Position numbers and translations under genes: made by a program
Assembly: GCA_964016885.1 (NCBI GenBank)
Contig: OZ024740.1
Coordinates: 216,938,001 to 217,002,000, forward strand
Reading direction: 5' to 3'
DNA length: 64,000 nt
Source: Eledone cirrhosa
Taxonomy: Eukaryota
Notes under the pieces: generated by a model
What the model was told of the DNA's origin: nothing
Seen by the model: the letters and a program-made list of their open reading frames with translations, nothing else
Database searches by the model: none
Shown here: positions 26,528 through 39,569 of the stretch, in pieces
How positions within the stretch are numbered: position 1 is the stretch's first letter
Layout of the letters: each line of letters starts with the position of its first letter

Positions 26528-29380
26528 GTGGACTGGGTGCTTTTTGTCATGTCACCAACACTACCATCTTATAGTGTGGACTGGGGGATTTATGTCATGT
26601 CACCAACACGACCATCTTACAGTGTGGACTGGAGGGTTTATGTCATGTCACCAACACGACCATCTTACAGTGTAGACTGGGGGATTTATGTCATGTCACC
26701 AACACGACCATCTTACAGTGTAGGCTGGAGGGTTTATGTCATGTCACCAACATGACCATCTTACAGGGTAGACTGGGGGATTTATGTCATGTTATCAACA
26801 CGACCATCTTACAGTGTAGACTGGGGGATTTATGTCATGTCACCAACACGACCATCTTACAGTGTGGACTGGGGGATTTATGTCATGTCACCAACACGAC
26901 CATCTTACAGTGTAGACTGGAGGGTTTATGTTATGTCACCAACACAACCATCTTACAGTGTAGACTGGAGGGTTTATGTCATGTCACCAACACAACCATC
27001 TTACAGTGTAGACTGGGAGATTTATGTCATGTCACCAACATGACCATCTTACAGTGTGGACTGGAGGTTTTATGTCATGTCACCAACACGACCATCTTAC
27101 AGTGTAGACTGGAGGGTTTATGTCATGTCACCAACACGACCATCTTACAGTGTAGACTGGAGGGTTTATGTCATGTCACCAACATGACCATCTTACAGTG
27201 TGGACTGGAGGGTTTATGTCATGTCACCAACACGACCATCTTACAGTGTAGACTGAGGGATATATGTCATGTCACCAACACGACCATCTTACAGTGTAGA
27301 CTGGGGGATTTATGTCATGTCACCAACACGACCATCTTACAGTGTAGACTGGGGGATTTATGTCATGTCACCAACACGACCATCTTACAGTGTAGACTGG
27401 GGGGTTTATGTCATGTCACCAACACGACCATCTTACAGTGTAGACTGGGGGATTTATGTCATGTCACCAACACGACCATCTTACAGTGTAGACTGGGGGA
27501 TTTATGTCATGTCACCAACACGACCATCTTACAGTGTAGACTGGGGGATTTATGTCATGTCACCAACACGACCATCTTACAGTGTAGACTGGGGGATATA
27601 TGTCATGTCACCAACACGACCATATTACAGTGTAGACTGGGGGATTTGTGTCATGTCACCAACATGACCATCTTACAGTGTAGACTGGGGGATTTATGTC
27701 ATGTCACCAACACGACCATCTTACAGTGTAGACTGGGGGATTTATGTCATGTCACCAACACGACCATCTTACAGTGTAGACTGGGGGATTTATGTCATGT
27801 CACCAACACGACCATCTTACAGTGTAGACTGGGGGATTTGTGTCATGTCACCAACATGACCATCTTACAGTGTAGACTGGGGGATTTATGTCATGTCACC
27901 AACACGACCATCTTACAGTGTAGACTGGGGGATTTATGTCATGTCACCAACACGACCATCTTACAGTGTAGACTGGAGGGTTTATGTCATGTCACCAACA
28001 TGACCATCTTACAGTGTAGACTGGGGGATTTGTGTCATGTCACCAACATGACCATCTTACAGTGTAGACTGGGGGATTTATGTCATGTCACCAACACGAC
28101 CATCTTACAGTGTAGACTGGGGGATTTATGTCATGTCACCAACACGACCATCTTACAGTGTAGACTGGAGGGTTTATGTCATGTCACCAACATGACCATC
28201 TTACAGTGTAGACTGGGGGATTTGTGTCATGTCACCAACATGACCATCTTACAGTGTAGACTGGGGGATTTATGTCATGTCACCAACACGACCATCTTAC
28301 AGTGTAGACTGGGGGATTTATGTCATGTCACCAACACGACCATTTTACAGTCTAGACTGGGGGATTTATGTCATGTCACCAACACGACCATCTTACAGTG
28401 TAGACTGGAGGGTTTATGTCATGTCACCAACACGACCATCTTACAGTGTAGACTGGGGGATTTATGTCATGTCACCAACATGACCATCTTACAGTGTAGA
28501 CTGGGGGATTTATGTCATGTCACCAACACGACCATCTTACAGTGTAGACTGGGGGATTTATGTCATGTCACCAACACGACCATCTTACAGTGTAGACTGG
28601 GGGATTTATGCCATGTCACCAACACGACCATCTTACAGTGTAGACTAGGGGATTTATGTCATGTCACCAACACGACCATCTTACAGTGTAGACTGGAGGG
28701 TTTATGTCATGTCACCAACACGACCATCTTACAGTGTAGACTGGGGGATTTATGTCATGTCACCAACACGACCATCTTACAGTGTAGACTGGGGGATTTA
28801 TGCCATGTCACCAACACGACCATCTTACAGTGTAGACTAGGGGATTTATGTCATGTCACCAACACGACCATCTTACAGTGTAGACTGGAGGGTTTATGTC
28901 ATGTCACCAACACGACCATCTTACAGTGTAGACTGGGGGATTTATGTCATGTCACCAACACGACCATCTTACAGTGTAGACTGGGGGATTTATGTCATGT
29001 CACCAACACAACCATCTTACAGTGTGGACTGGGGGATTTATGTCATGTCACCAACACGACCGTCTTACAGTGTAGACTGGGGGATATATGTCATGTCACC
29101 AACACGACCATATTACAGTGTAGACTGGAGGGTTTATGTCATGTCACCAACACGACCATCTTACAGTGTGGACTGGGGGATTTATGTCATGTCACCAACA
29201 CGACCGTCTTACAGTGTAGACTGGGGGATATATGTCATGTCACCAACACGACCATCTTACAGTGTAGACTGGGGGATTTATGTCATGTCACCAACACGAC
29301 CATATTACAGTGTAGACTGGAGGGTTTATGTCATGTCACCAACACGACCATCTTACAGTGTAGACTGAGGGATCTATGTT
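26528..29380. repeat. 48-bp minisatellite, ~59 copies
   Basis: Unit atgtcatgtcaccaacacgaccatcttacagtgtagactgggggattt. Confidence 0.97.
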
Positions 29381-29514
29381 ATACCATAGTAGTAACATAT
29401 CACATATGAGATATCATAGGCTACCAGTTCTTGTACTATTTTACCATAGAATATTGGGTCTTATACATGTCGGATTAATTAATGGGCATGGAGAAATAAT
29501 TATTAAACAGATAG

Positions 29515-29780
29515 TAATGATGATGATGATAATAACGATGGTGGTGATAATAATATTGGTATTGATGATGTTAATATTGGTATTGATGATGGTGATAAAA
29601 GTGGCGGTGATGATAATAGTGGTGTTGATGATGGTGATAAAAGTGGTGGTGATGATAATAGTGGTGTTGTTGATGATGATGATGATAATAGTGAGGTTGA
29701 TGATGGTGATAATAATGATGATGTTGATGATGATGATAATAATGATGATGAAAGCAACTGTTGTTGTTGCCATAGTGATG
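29515..29780. repeat. (GAT/GGT)n degenerate microsatellite
   Basis: Visible directly in the sequence. Confidence 0.85.
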
Positions 29781-30487
29781 TAGATCTAACAACAATTGAA
29801 AATATAATTGTAAGATATATTGTAAACAGCAATAAATGTGTAATATCTGTGGTACCAGTAAATTGGAATATGAGACTAAACCAACTCCAAATTCTGATAT
29901 GAGTGGCTTGTTATTGTTTCATCTTCTATGTCATCTCTTGTTGTGATGACATTTACAATTCTCTCTCTCTCACACACACCACTCTCTCTCACACACACCA
30001 CACTCTCTCTCTCACACACCCCACTCTCCCCCCTCTATCGCTGTCTCTCTCTCTCTCTCCGTCTCTCTCTCTCTCTTTTCCCTATCTCCCTGTCTCTCCC
30101 TCACTCCTGTCTCTGTCTGTCTCTCTTCCATTCTCTGTCTTTCCACCTCTCTCTCTCTCTCATACAGAAACAAATTACTAGTGTAGTTTAATTGATATCA
30201 TTTAGCTACAACAGTGATTGTTTTTATCTAATTAGGCAATAGAAGTTGCCCAGAATTATTCAGACAACACTATTGTCAGTTTGTAAGTGGACTTTTAGGA
30301 AAGATACTTTAGCTAAATCAACCTTAAGTGTAGAAATCTTTCATTAAAAGCTGTCTTTCAACATTGAAATACTAATTTAGACCTCCCTAGTATTGGTGAT
30401 CTACACAATAAATACACCCAGTACATGCTGTAAAGTGGTTGATGATAGGAAAGGCATCCAGCCATAGAAATCTATTATTATTATTAG

Positions 30488-30800
30488 AGCAGTGGATTGG
30501 TAGTATCAGTAGAGGGTCGGACGCCATGCTTTCTAGCATAGAGTTACGTCCCTTTACGGACTGAGTTCAAATCCCTCCAAGGTTAACTTTGCCTTTCATC
30601 CTTACGGGGTGGATAAAATAAAGTACCAGTAATGTACTGGGTAATTGCTGGCCTTGTGCCAAAAGTAGAAACAATTATTATTAGAGCAGTGGATTGGTAG
30701 TATCAGTAGAGCATCTGACAACATATTTTGTAGCACAGAGTTAGGTCCTTTTACATTCTGAGTTGAAATGCCACCAAGGTGTGCTTTGTCTTCATTGTTT
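30488..30800 (+). mobile_element. SINE family B copy plus a tandem partial second copy
   Basis: Full copy at 30488-30680, and the head is repeated from ~30683. Confidence 0.75.
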
Positions 30801-31478
30801 TTGAGGTAGTGTCTTTCATTAAAAATATGGTAATGAAATGGTTACAATATTGAGCAGATAATCTCATTGCTGGATGTGTATATATATATTTCTGTATAAT
30901 ATACTCATATGTTTGTATATATTTGTATATGTGTTATATACTTTACACAACTGCACCTGTAACATGAATTATTACTTTCTACTGGAAGATTTTATTCCTT
31001 GCTGGGAAAATAAAAACATTATCTTTGGGAGATAGAAAGAAAATAAGTAATTTTAAAATAATTTTGAATAAACTGTCCTGTGATCTATTTCTTAAATTTA
31101 TAAAACAAAGGAATAAGGATTATCTTTGTGTGTGTGTGTACGTACATGCACATGTGTGTGCGTACATGCATGCATGTGTGTGTGCACACATGTATGTGCG
31201 TGTGTGTGTAGATGTGTGTATATGCAAGTGTATGCTTTTGATCTAGTGATGATAGTAGCCCACATGTGAGAAAGGACTCAAATGTAGAAAAAGAATATTC
31301 TAAAAGTTGATTTACTCATATTCTTAACTACAATTACAATGTTTCAACCCATCTTTGCTAAGCTTCATCAAGGAAAAGGTTCTCTGATGAAGCCTAATGA
31401 ATACTTGCTTTTCTGAAACATCATACCCATGATGTGAACATTTACTCTTTTACCTGTTCCAGCCATATATATACATAC

Positions 31479-31542
<64 letters not shown>

Positions 31543-31572
31543 AGATCAAAAGATGGTTAAAGGAGTTCCATG

Positions 31573-31643
31573 TATTTTATTATGCGCATTTCAAAAACAA
31601 ACATCATCATGCAATAATATTTGTGTTTTCATCAGATAAAACA
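31573..31643 (-). ncRNA. Minimal type I hammerhead motif with palindromic stem III
   Basis: Minus strand: TGTTTTAT-CTGATGA-AAACACAAAT..GTTTGTTTTT-GAA-ATGCGCAT-A-ATAAAATA. Stems I and II pair, and stem III is the palindrome ATGCGCAT. Confidence 0.75.
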
Positions 31644-31686
31644 GATATCTGCATTGCTTTATTGTACTACAATAAAACTCACCTCC

Positions 31687-31721
<35 letters not shown>

Positions 31722-31967
31722 GAAAATAGAGAAATTAATGTGAGCAAGAAGCCAACAGTAGTTTAGACATATAAGTGACTATTACGTCAAGATGGAAAAC
31801 ATTTAACGTAAGATATGGGAAAATAATTCAATCCCAATTCAAAAAAAGTCAAGACAAAGATTTTATCCACAGATTTTGTGTAATCCAGGGAAAAAACCAA
31901 TAGAGCCTTAACTCAGAATAAAATTAAGAGTAAATACTTATCCTTCAATTTGGAAAAATCTACAAAT

Positions 31968-32036
31968 GCTCTATATAGTCTTAAAAAGACTATTTCACGA
32001 AACTTAGTCACGGTTGGAGTCGTTCATCAGTAGAGC
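31968..32036 (-). ncRNA. Canonical type I hammerhead ribozyme
   Basis: The minus strand reads GCTCTA-CTGATGA-ACGA..19nt..TCGT-GAAA-TAGTCTT-TTT-AAGACTA-T-A-TAGAGC. This gives a 6-bp stem I, an intact CUGAUGA/GAAA core, a 4-bp stem II, an 8-bp stem III and an AUA cleavage triplet. Confidence 0.85.
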
Positions 32037-32552
32037 TCAAACACGATAACCAAAATCACTGCTAAAATATGCCAGAAAGGGAATTTAAAAGCAGGCTAGT
32101 TACACCTCGTGTGGAATTAAGTTAATAAACACACATGGAGAACAGGGCTAGTGACGTCAGAATGGGACGAATGACTGTTTACAAGAAACAGCAGTCAAAA
32201 CATTCCGAAAAAAACTCAAAAGATATGGAGTTCAGCATATTATATATATATATGTTTTTATTACATTGCCAGTCTGAAGAGCAGATCGATAATGGAGATT
32301 TTGAGGTCCTAGAGCATGTTTTATCAACTGTCTTCTTTCTGCTATATTCATATATGTATGTAAATATGTGTGTGTATTTGTGTGTATACGCACACCATTC
32401 ACTTTGTGGTGTTTACATATAATGTGTCATATATTATATATATATATATATATATAATATAGATGAGATTCTATATTAAAACTTTTATACTCTGCTATGT
32501 CTTGAGTACCTTACTTAGTGTGGCTACCTCCGATTCAACCCGGAATAACTTA

Positions 32553-32595
<43 letters not shown>

Positions 32596-32665
32596 ATGCT
32601 TTGGGAGGGTCATGTTGCCAATAGCAAGAAGCAAAAAAGAATCTTGCTAAACAAATTCAGAAACG

Positions 32666-32737
<72 letters not shown>

Positions 32738-33048
32738 CGTTTCTGAATTTGTTTAGCAAGATTCTTTTTTGCTTCTTGCTATTGGCAACATGACCCTCCC
32801 AAAGCATAAGTTATGTATATATATATATATATAGTTATGTATATATATATATATACATAACTCAAGGAAACATGAAATGATTGAACGAACAAGAAGAAAC
32901 AATAACATAAAGTTTATTAGTTTCACGCTTGGAGCAAAGGTAGTCGGGCAGTTGCCCTTCATCAGGAATGACACAAAAGGAAAATAGTAAACAAAGAAAG
33001 TAAACTGCAAAAACTAAAATTAAATAGGGTACTAAAAATGTTTTAAAA

Positions 33049-33238
33049 TAATTGTTTCTACATTTGGCACAAGGCCAGCAAATACCCAGTACATTACTGG
33101 TACTTTATTTTATCGACCATGTAAGGATGAAAGGCAAAGTTAACCTTGGCGGGATTTGAACTCAGATCGTAAAGGGATGTAACTCTTTGCTGCAAAGCAT
33201 AGCGTACGACTCTCTACCTATACTGCCAATCCACCGCC
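33049..33238 (-). mobile_element. SINE family B copy
   Basis: Reverse complement of the family consensus. Confidence 0.8.
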
Positions 33239-33570
33239 CTTTAAAAATAATAAAAGTATTTATATGAGTGTATAGATAGAACAATGAAAACAAAACAAAA
33301 GTTTTGTTTTACGATCATTTCAGAGGGTTGATTGATCATAAGAGATCAATATATCAGCTAGCATGGTAGTAGTTTTGTCACTGCCTATTTCTAGGCTCAG
33401 ACTTTCTGATCGATTGATCATCTACTTCAGAAATATATATTTCTTTTGAATGAAACAGTTCTAGTCCTGTAGAAGCCATTTCTATATTAAACATGATATA
33501 TATATATATGTATGTATGTTTTGATTTATGTTCCTGGGGATGTGTCATTCTATTTTTGTTGTTGTTATTA

Positions 33571-33762
33571 GATGGATTGGCAGTATCGGTAGAGCGTCGG
33601 GCGACATGCTTCGCGGCATAGAGTTATGAAGCTTTACATTCTGTGTTCAAATTTCTCCGAGGTTAGCTTTGGCTTTCATCCTTACGGGGTCAATAAAATA
33701 AAATACCAGTAATGTACTGGGATAATTGCTGACCTTGTGCCAAAAGTAGAAACAATTATTAT
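33571..33762 (+). mobile_element. SINE family B copy
   Basis: Inverted relative to 33049-33238, about 330 bp away. Confidence 0.8.
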
Positions 33763-33923
33763 TGTAAGTCTATCTGAATTATTGTGGAATATCACAGGAA
33801 GTTGTTACTTCTATCATTCTCCTTTTTGTCAGCCCAGTGATATTGTTACAGGTAGTACCACAATATGTAAGGTAGATGAGAGGATATATCTACCTTACCC
33901 CAACCCCCGCTATATAGTTACAG

Positions 33924-34358
33924 GCGCATGGCTTAGTGGTTAGAACATTGGCCTTGCAATTGAAAGGTTGTGAGTTCAATTCTCAGACCTGGTGATGTGT
34001 TGTTTCCTTGAGCAAGACACTTTATTTCACATTGCTCCAGTTTACTCAGCTGTAGAAATGAGATGATAGAACTGGGATCCCTATCATCCCACTGCAAAGT
34101 GGTCGTGAAGGTGTCACGACAAAAAAGCACCCAGCCCACACTGTAAAGTGGACGTGTAGGCGCCACGGAAAAAAAGCACCCAGCACTCACTGTAAATGAG
34201 GTTGGTGTTAGGAAGGGCATCCAGCTGTCGAAATCAAGCCAGAATCAGTTCCTGTATGAGCAAGACAAGGTCAGCCGACCGGACATTGCCCGCAACAGGA
34301 CAACCCGTCGAACCCATGCTTGCGTGGAAGAACGGACGTAAAACGGTGATGATGATGA
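33924..34358 (+). mobile_element. Full-length tRNA-derived CORE-like SINE with RTE-type (GAT)n tail
   Basis: A box TGGCTTAGTGG and B box GAGTTCAATTC, a CORE-like tccttgagcaagacacttt...ctcagctgtagaaatgag segment, and a tail ending ggacgtaaaacggtgatgatgatg. Confidence 0.8.
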
Positions 34359-36426
34359 GTACCACAATATTTAGTTGTAAGGTGGGTGAGGGGATATATC
34401 TACCTTGGTAAACCCCCCCCCCCCCACACACACACACACTTATATTGTTACAGGTAGTACCACAATATGTAAGGTAGGTGAGGGGATATATCTACCTTGC
34501 TTCCCCTCCCACCAGTTATATTGTTATAGGTATACCACAATATTTTGTTGTAAGGTAGGTGTAGGTGAGGGGATATATCTACCTTGGCCCCCTACTTGTC
34601 AATTAACCTGTTGTCTTCTGAAATGGTGACCAATCAATTTTTTATCTTTACTATCTCCTACACTAAACATTTTTCACTTTAGTTAGTTTGGTGGTGGTGG
34701 TGATGATAGTTGTGATTGTGGTGGTGGTGGTGATGGTATGTTTCTTGTCATGATGGAGGTATGGGTGGTACTGGCAGGGATGGTAGTGTTGTTGTTATTG
34801 TTGGTGGTGGTGGTGGAGGGGGCGTTGTTGTTGGTGGTGGCAGTGATGGTCTTTGTTGTTGTTGTTGTTGGTAGTTGTAGTGGTGGTGGTGATAATGTAG
34901 TTCTTATTTGGTAGTGTTATTATTGTGAATGCACTGGGTAATTGCTGGCCTTGTGCCTAAAGTAGAAACAGTTATTATTGTGATGGTGGTAACATTAGTG
35001 TTGTTGGTTTTTTGTTGTTCTTAATGTTATTCTTGTTGGTGATACTGTTGGTGGTAGTAGTGGTGGTAGTGGTGATCTGTTGGTGGTAGTAGTAGTGGTG
35101 GTAGTTGTAGTAGTAGTGGTGGTGGCAGTGTAGAATGTGTGGTAAGTTGATGGCATCTGCTGACAGACACACATTTACACAGAGGTAGGAAATTATTTCA
35201 CTTGTATTGATGGTGTTGGGGAAGTGATCATCCCCACCCCTGGCTTTCACTATGACCACCACCACCGTTATTCTCTTCCCTTTCCACCCATCCAGCCCCC
35301 ACTGACCCCTATAAGTAAACACTGTCTCAGTGATTTAATTAGACAAAGACTTGCAGCTGTTAAATTAACTCACTGACTTTGGCCCATAAATTTGACCTCT
35401 CACTCTCTTTCTCCTGGGTGGTGTTTGTAAAGCAGGGTTATCTCCCCCCCCTCTCTCTCTTCTTCTCTCCCTCTCTTTCTCTTTTTTTTTCTCTCCCTCT
35501 CTTTCTCTTTTTTTCTCTCTCTCTCTCTCCCTCAAATGTGTGTAGGAAAAGTAGAGAGTTGGCTGGTTCACACCTCCTGCTTCCCCTTTCTCTCTCCCTT
35601 GGGTGGTGTGTGAAATGTTGGTGGATAGATTTTCCACCCACTCACCTCTCTCTCCTCCTCTTACTCTCTTTTCTCGTCTCTCTGTCCTGAGTGGGTGTTG
35701 GAACATGAGGGGTTTGCTTCCCTCCCCTCTACATCACAATGGTGAAGGAAAAATAAGGGTTGCCCTTTCACACCCCTCCCTGTCTCTTTTGGTACTTGTG
35801 ATAATAAGAAAGAATTTGGTGGTGAATTGTTGGTTATGTATTCTTGAAGGTGTTGTGATGGTGGTGGCTGTAGTAGTAGTATTCTTAGTAGTAGTAGTGA
35901 CAGGGATATCAAGATGAAGGGAGTAGTACTGGTAGGGTAATTCAGTATAATGTTAGAGAGTCTATCAGGTGTGTTGGTATTGGTGGTATTACTTGCAGGC
36001 AGGGTGTGTGTATATATATATATGTATATATATACACACATGTATATCATCATCATCATCATCATCATCATATATATATATATACACACATGTATATATA
36101 TATATATATATTCCCGTCCAGACCCATGCTAGCGTGGAAAATGGACGTTAGACGATGATGATGATGATGATGATGATGATATATATATATATATACACAT
36201 ATAATAGGGTAAAATGACAGGAGGCCCAGACAGGTTGTATTTATACTCTATGGTAAAGTTATATCTGTATATACACAGGAGGCTACTGAGAATGCAGGAC
36301 TGCATAAATATGTATTGTGTATATTTACTCATTGAGTGTGTAATGTAAACATGACAAATATACAAATTATCCTGTAAATTGAAAAAAGAAATGATATATA
36401 TGTGTGTATGAATATATGTGTATCGG

Positions 36427-36628
36427 TATGAGGGTTAGCTGAAAAGTTCAGAGGCTGGCCAAGATGCTGTCATGGAATGACCAAATGAGGTTTATTTTTC
36501 AATATAGTCCCTGGAGAGAAACAATGCAGTTATTAATAAGAAGAGTTGAAATTAATGCATGTAAGATTTCAGAGTGCTAACATCACGCCTTCATAGTCAG
36601 CCTATGAACTTTTCAGCCAACCCTTGTA
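36427..36628 (+). mobile_element. Mariner-like MITE (other copies ~17923-18127, 41603-41786, 45536-45740)
   Basis: TIRs gagggttagctgaaaagttca / tgaacttttcagccaaccctt, TA flanks, ~200 bp, four copies. Confidence 0.8.
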
Positions 36629-36659
36629 TCTACACGTGTGTGTTATATATGTTACCATC

Positions 36660-37470
36660 ACAGTCATCATCATCATCATCATTCTTTCACATTCATTTTC
36701 CAGTGTTTGCATGGGTTCAATAGGTCCTTTCTAGTACAACCTCCCACCATTTGTTGCTTTCCTTCAACATCTCCTCTGTGAGGTTTAGTATCTTCAGATC
36801 AGCTTTCACCATTTCTCTCCAGGTTTTCTTCCATCTACCTCTACTGCTCTCTCTCTCCTACCACTGATATATCTTGTTACTTCTTCACCAAGTGATAATC
36901 ATTTCTACACATCATGTGACCACATCATAGTCTTCTTTCTTACTGCATCTGATTACTTTTATATATGGTTTTTCTCTCAACTTCTCTATGCTTCCTTGTT
37001 CATGCATTTCCATTGGATCATATTTCCTTCATTTCTCTCCAGCCTCCACATTCACTCCTCGTATCTCATTGCCATGCAGCATTGCACTTTGCACACTTGC
37101 ATCATACAGCTGGTCTTTTGTAGTAGCTCTTTGAGCTTTTTCATCCTCTTCTTCTTCTTCTAGAGCAACCTCTGCTCCTGCTAATTAGGTCCTTCAAACA
37201 ACAGAAGCTATGAACTACTTCTATGGTACCTTCCTGGGATTTGAAAACGTTTATTTCACAAAGGCTCTTAATACCAGTTACTCCTGCACATACAACTTTT
37301 CTGTTCACCTGCCTGCTATCCCACTGCGGATCTTTTGTGTCCACATTTTTCATTCACTACATTGAATCAAGTTTCTTCCTACTCCTTTTCTAGATATTGA
37401 GTACAACCACTTCCTAAATATACTCTCAGATCTTTTGATTCTAACCACAGCAGACATTTCTTCTCTAGCT
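36660..37470 (-). mobile_element. Degenerate RTE-clade LINE 3' fragment
   Basis: Minus-strand remnants EVVHSFCCLKDLISRSRGCS, LYDASVQSAMLHGNE and GRWKKTWREMVKADLK, with a (GAT)n tail. Confidence 0.7.
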
Positions 37471-39034
37471 CTTCTTCCCCATATACTGGAGAAATGTGAA
37501 ATGAAGTGTTTTGCACAAGAACACAACATACAACCGAGTCCAGGAATCAAATTCATGTCATTATGATCGTAAGTCCAACACCCTTACCACTAGGCCAATA
37601 TTGTCCAACATAGACAATATTTCCTACAGCTTTGTGGTTCTGTAGCTGAAGAAATAAGTCTCCAACTTAAAAGTAAGTAATAGTTAGCATTAGGAAGGTC
37701 AACTGGTCCTAGAATATTGCCTCAAAAATATTTTATTCAACCTATGCCAGCATGGAAAAATGGTTGATGTAAAAATGATGACATTGTTGATGGGAATTTC
37801 TATTAGTTTCCTTATTCAATCTTTGTTGTCAACTAGAACATTTCAATAGTTTCATTGATACCCTTAGATCTTTCATTGCCATAACATTACGATGGAAGGT
37901 TTTTAGGTTAATATAAACCCTTTAAAATAACAAGATTCACACCATAGAACCAAGTTTGGTTTCCAGCTGTTTACTATAGAAAGGGTTAAAAAGAGTATAA
38001 TAAACATCATTTCTACAATTTGTGAGGTCTAAAAACATGAAACTATGTCATATTGAGTTCATGTGAAAACAATTGTTGCTTTTGTCTTTTGTGATCCTTT
38101 TATCATGATTAACATGGTTGAAAAGAGAATGTAATTGTTGTACAATGATGGAATATTCTGGAGTTGCAATTCTTCTTTATTCTAACAATAATGTAAAGCA
38201 AAAGACAAACAACTAAATTTCTTCTGTCAGCTTGAAAGATCTAACAAGATGTTTCTTTTACTACTGTTCATACACACTCATGGATATATATCTGTATATA
38301 TATGTATATATATAAATATATATACATGCGCACACACGCACGCACACACACACATATATATTGCTAATTACTGTGTTGCTTATCTATAAGAGTTGTGTTG
38401 TGACACCTCTTTCTTAAACTGGTGTAAGCAGGTAAGAGCACTCAACATCCGTTGAGTTTATCATGGCTACCGGTGGCAATGAGATGCGACAGAGATTCCA
38501 TGTTTCTAATATACAGTACCAGCTAGCAGGCTGAGGGATTATTCTAAGCCAAATACCACCAATATTGATACTGCTCTTGGCTAATATTTTACCATTTTTT
38601 GTGGAACTAATTTTTCTTCTTCTTTCCCCACTTATTCTTGAGAGGGTCGTGGGGGAAGATTATTCAGGGACTCCATCCAGTTGGTTTTGTCAGAAGCAAC
38701 TGTTGCCAATTAATCCAACTGGAACCCCAAGCGAGACCAGCCGAGCAATTGAGAAAATTTTCAGTGTTTACATTTTATAGACTGTTAAACTGTCCCACTT
38801 TTCACTTTAAGTTTCTATCTTTATTTTCTGTTGACTCCATAACACCTTAAATTAATCAATCAATTAATTAATTTAATCTTCTAATTAGTTTTACTACAAA
38901 ATCACCAACCACAAAATATCTTTCCTTCTTTTATCAAAAGAAATTATGTTTGATTATCGACATAGTGTAACAATTTAAAGGGTTGTTTAAATCTGATAAA
39001 TGATCTTCCTGTGATTCTACCTGTTATTATTGTA

Positions 39035-39222
39035 GGGGTGGATTGGCAGTATCGGTAGAGTGTCGGACGCCATGCTTTCCAGCATAGTTACGTCCCTTTA
39101 CGATCTGAGTTCAAATCCCGCCGAGGTTGACTTTGCCTTTCATCCTTACGGGGTTGATAAAATAAAGTACCAGTAATGCACTGGGTAATTGCTGGCCTTG
39201 TGCCTAAAGTAGAAACAATTAT
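39035..39222 (+). mobile_element. SINE family B copy
   Basis: Matches the family consensus. Confidence 0.8.
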
Positions 39223-39325
39223 TGTAGTAACGTATCTTCTCATTCTTCTACAATGTTCATATAACTTTGAACTTTATATTTTGGAGACTAACAAATATAT
39301 ATATATATACACGATTTTGCTATAT

Positions 39326-39386
<61 letters not shown>

Positions 39387-39414
39387 AACAAAAGATGGTT
39401 AAAAGAGTTCCATG

Positions 39415-39485
39415 TATTTTATTATGCGCATTTCAAAAACAAATATCATCATACAATAATATTTGTGTTTTCATCAGATAAAACA
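39415..39485 (-). ncRNA. Minimal type I hammerhead motif (paralogue of 31573-31643)
   Basis: Same core and ATGCGCAT palindrome, with stem II AAACACAAATAT/ATATTTGTTTTT. Confidence 0.75.
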
Positions 39486-39524
39486 GGAAGACATGATATG
39501 AAGGCTAAAAAACACTTACCTCCT

Positions 39525-39569
<45 letters not shown>

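Noticed and set aside
26752-29409. 885-aa Cys/His repeat ORF as a real gene
   Set aside because: It is entirely a 48-bp tandem repeat derived from a retroposon tail, has no unique domains, and its unit length is simply divisible by 3.
31335-31430. Hammerhead-like cores on both strands
   Set aside because: One has TTGATGA and the other lacks proper stems.
32905-32975. CTGATGA...GAAA on the minus strand
   Set aside because: I could not form stems I-III convincingly, so at best it is a decayed motif.
33924-33990. tRNA gene
   Set aside because: It is the tRNA-derived head of a SINE, continuous with the SINE body.
38430-38790. Unique-looking, higher-complexity segment as an additional exon
   Set aside because: Only short ORFs, no recognisable protein similarity and no clear splice pair. 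It could be regulatory, but the sequence alone cannot support that.
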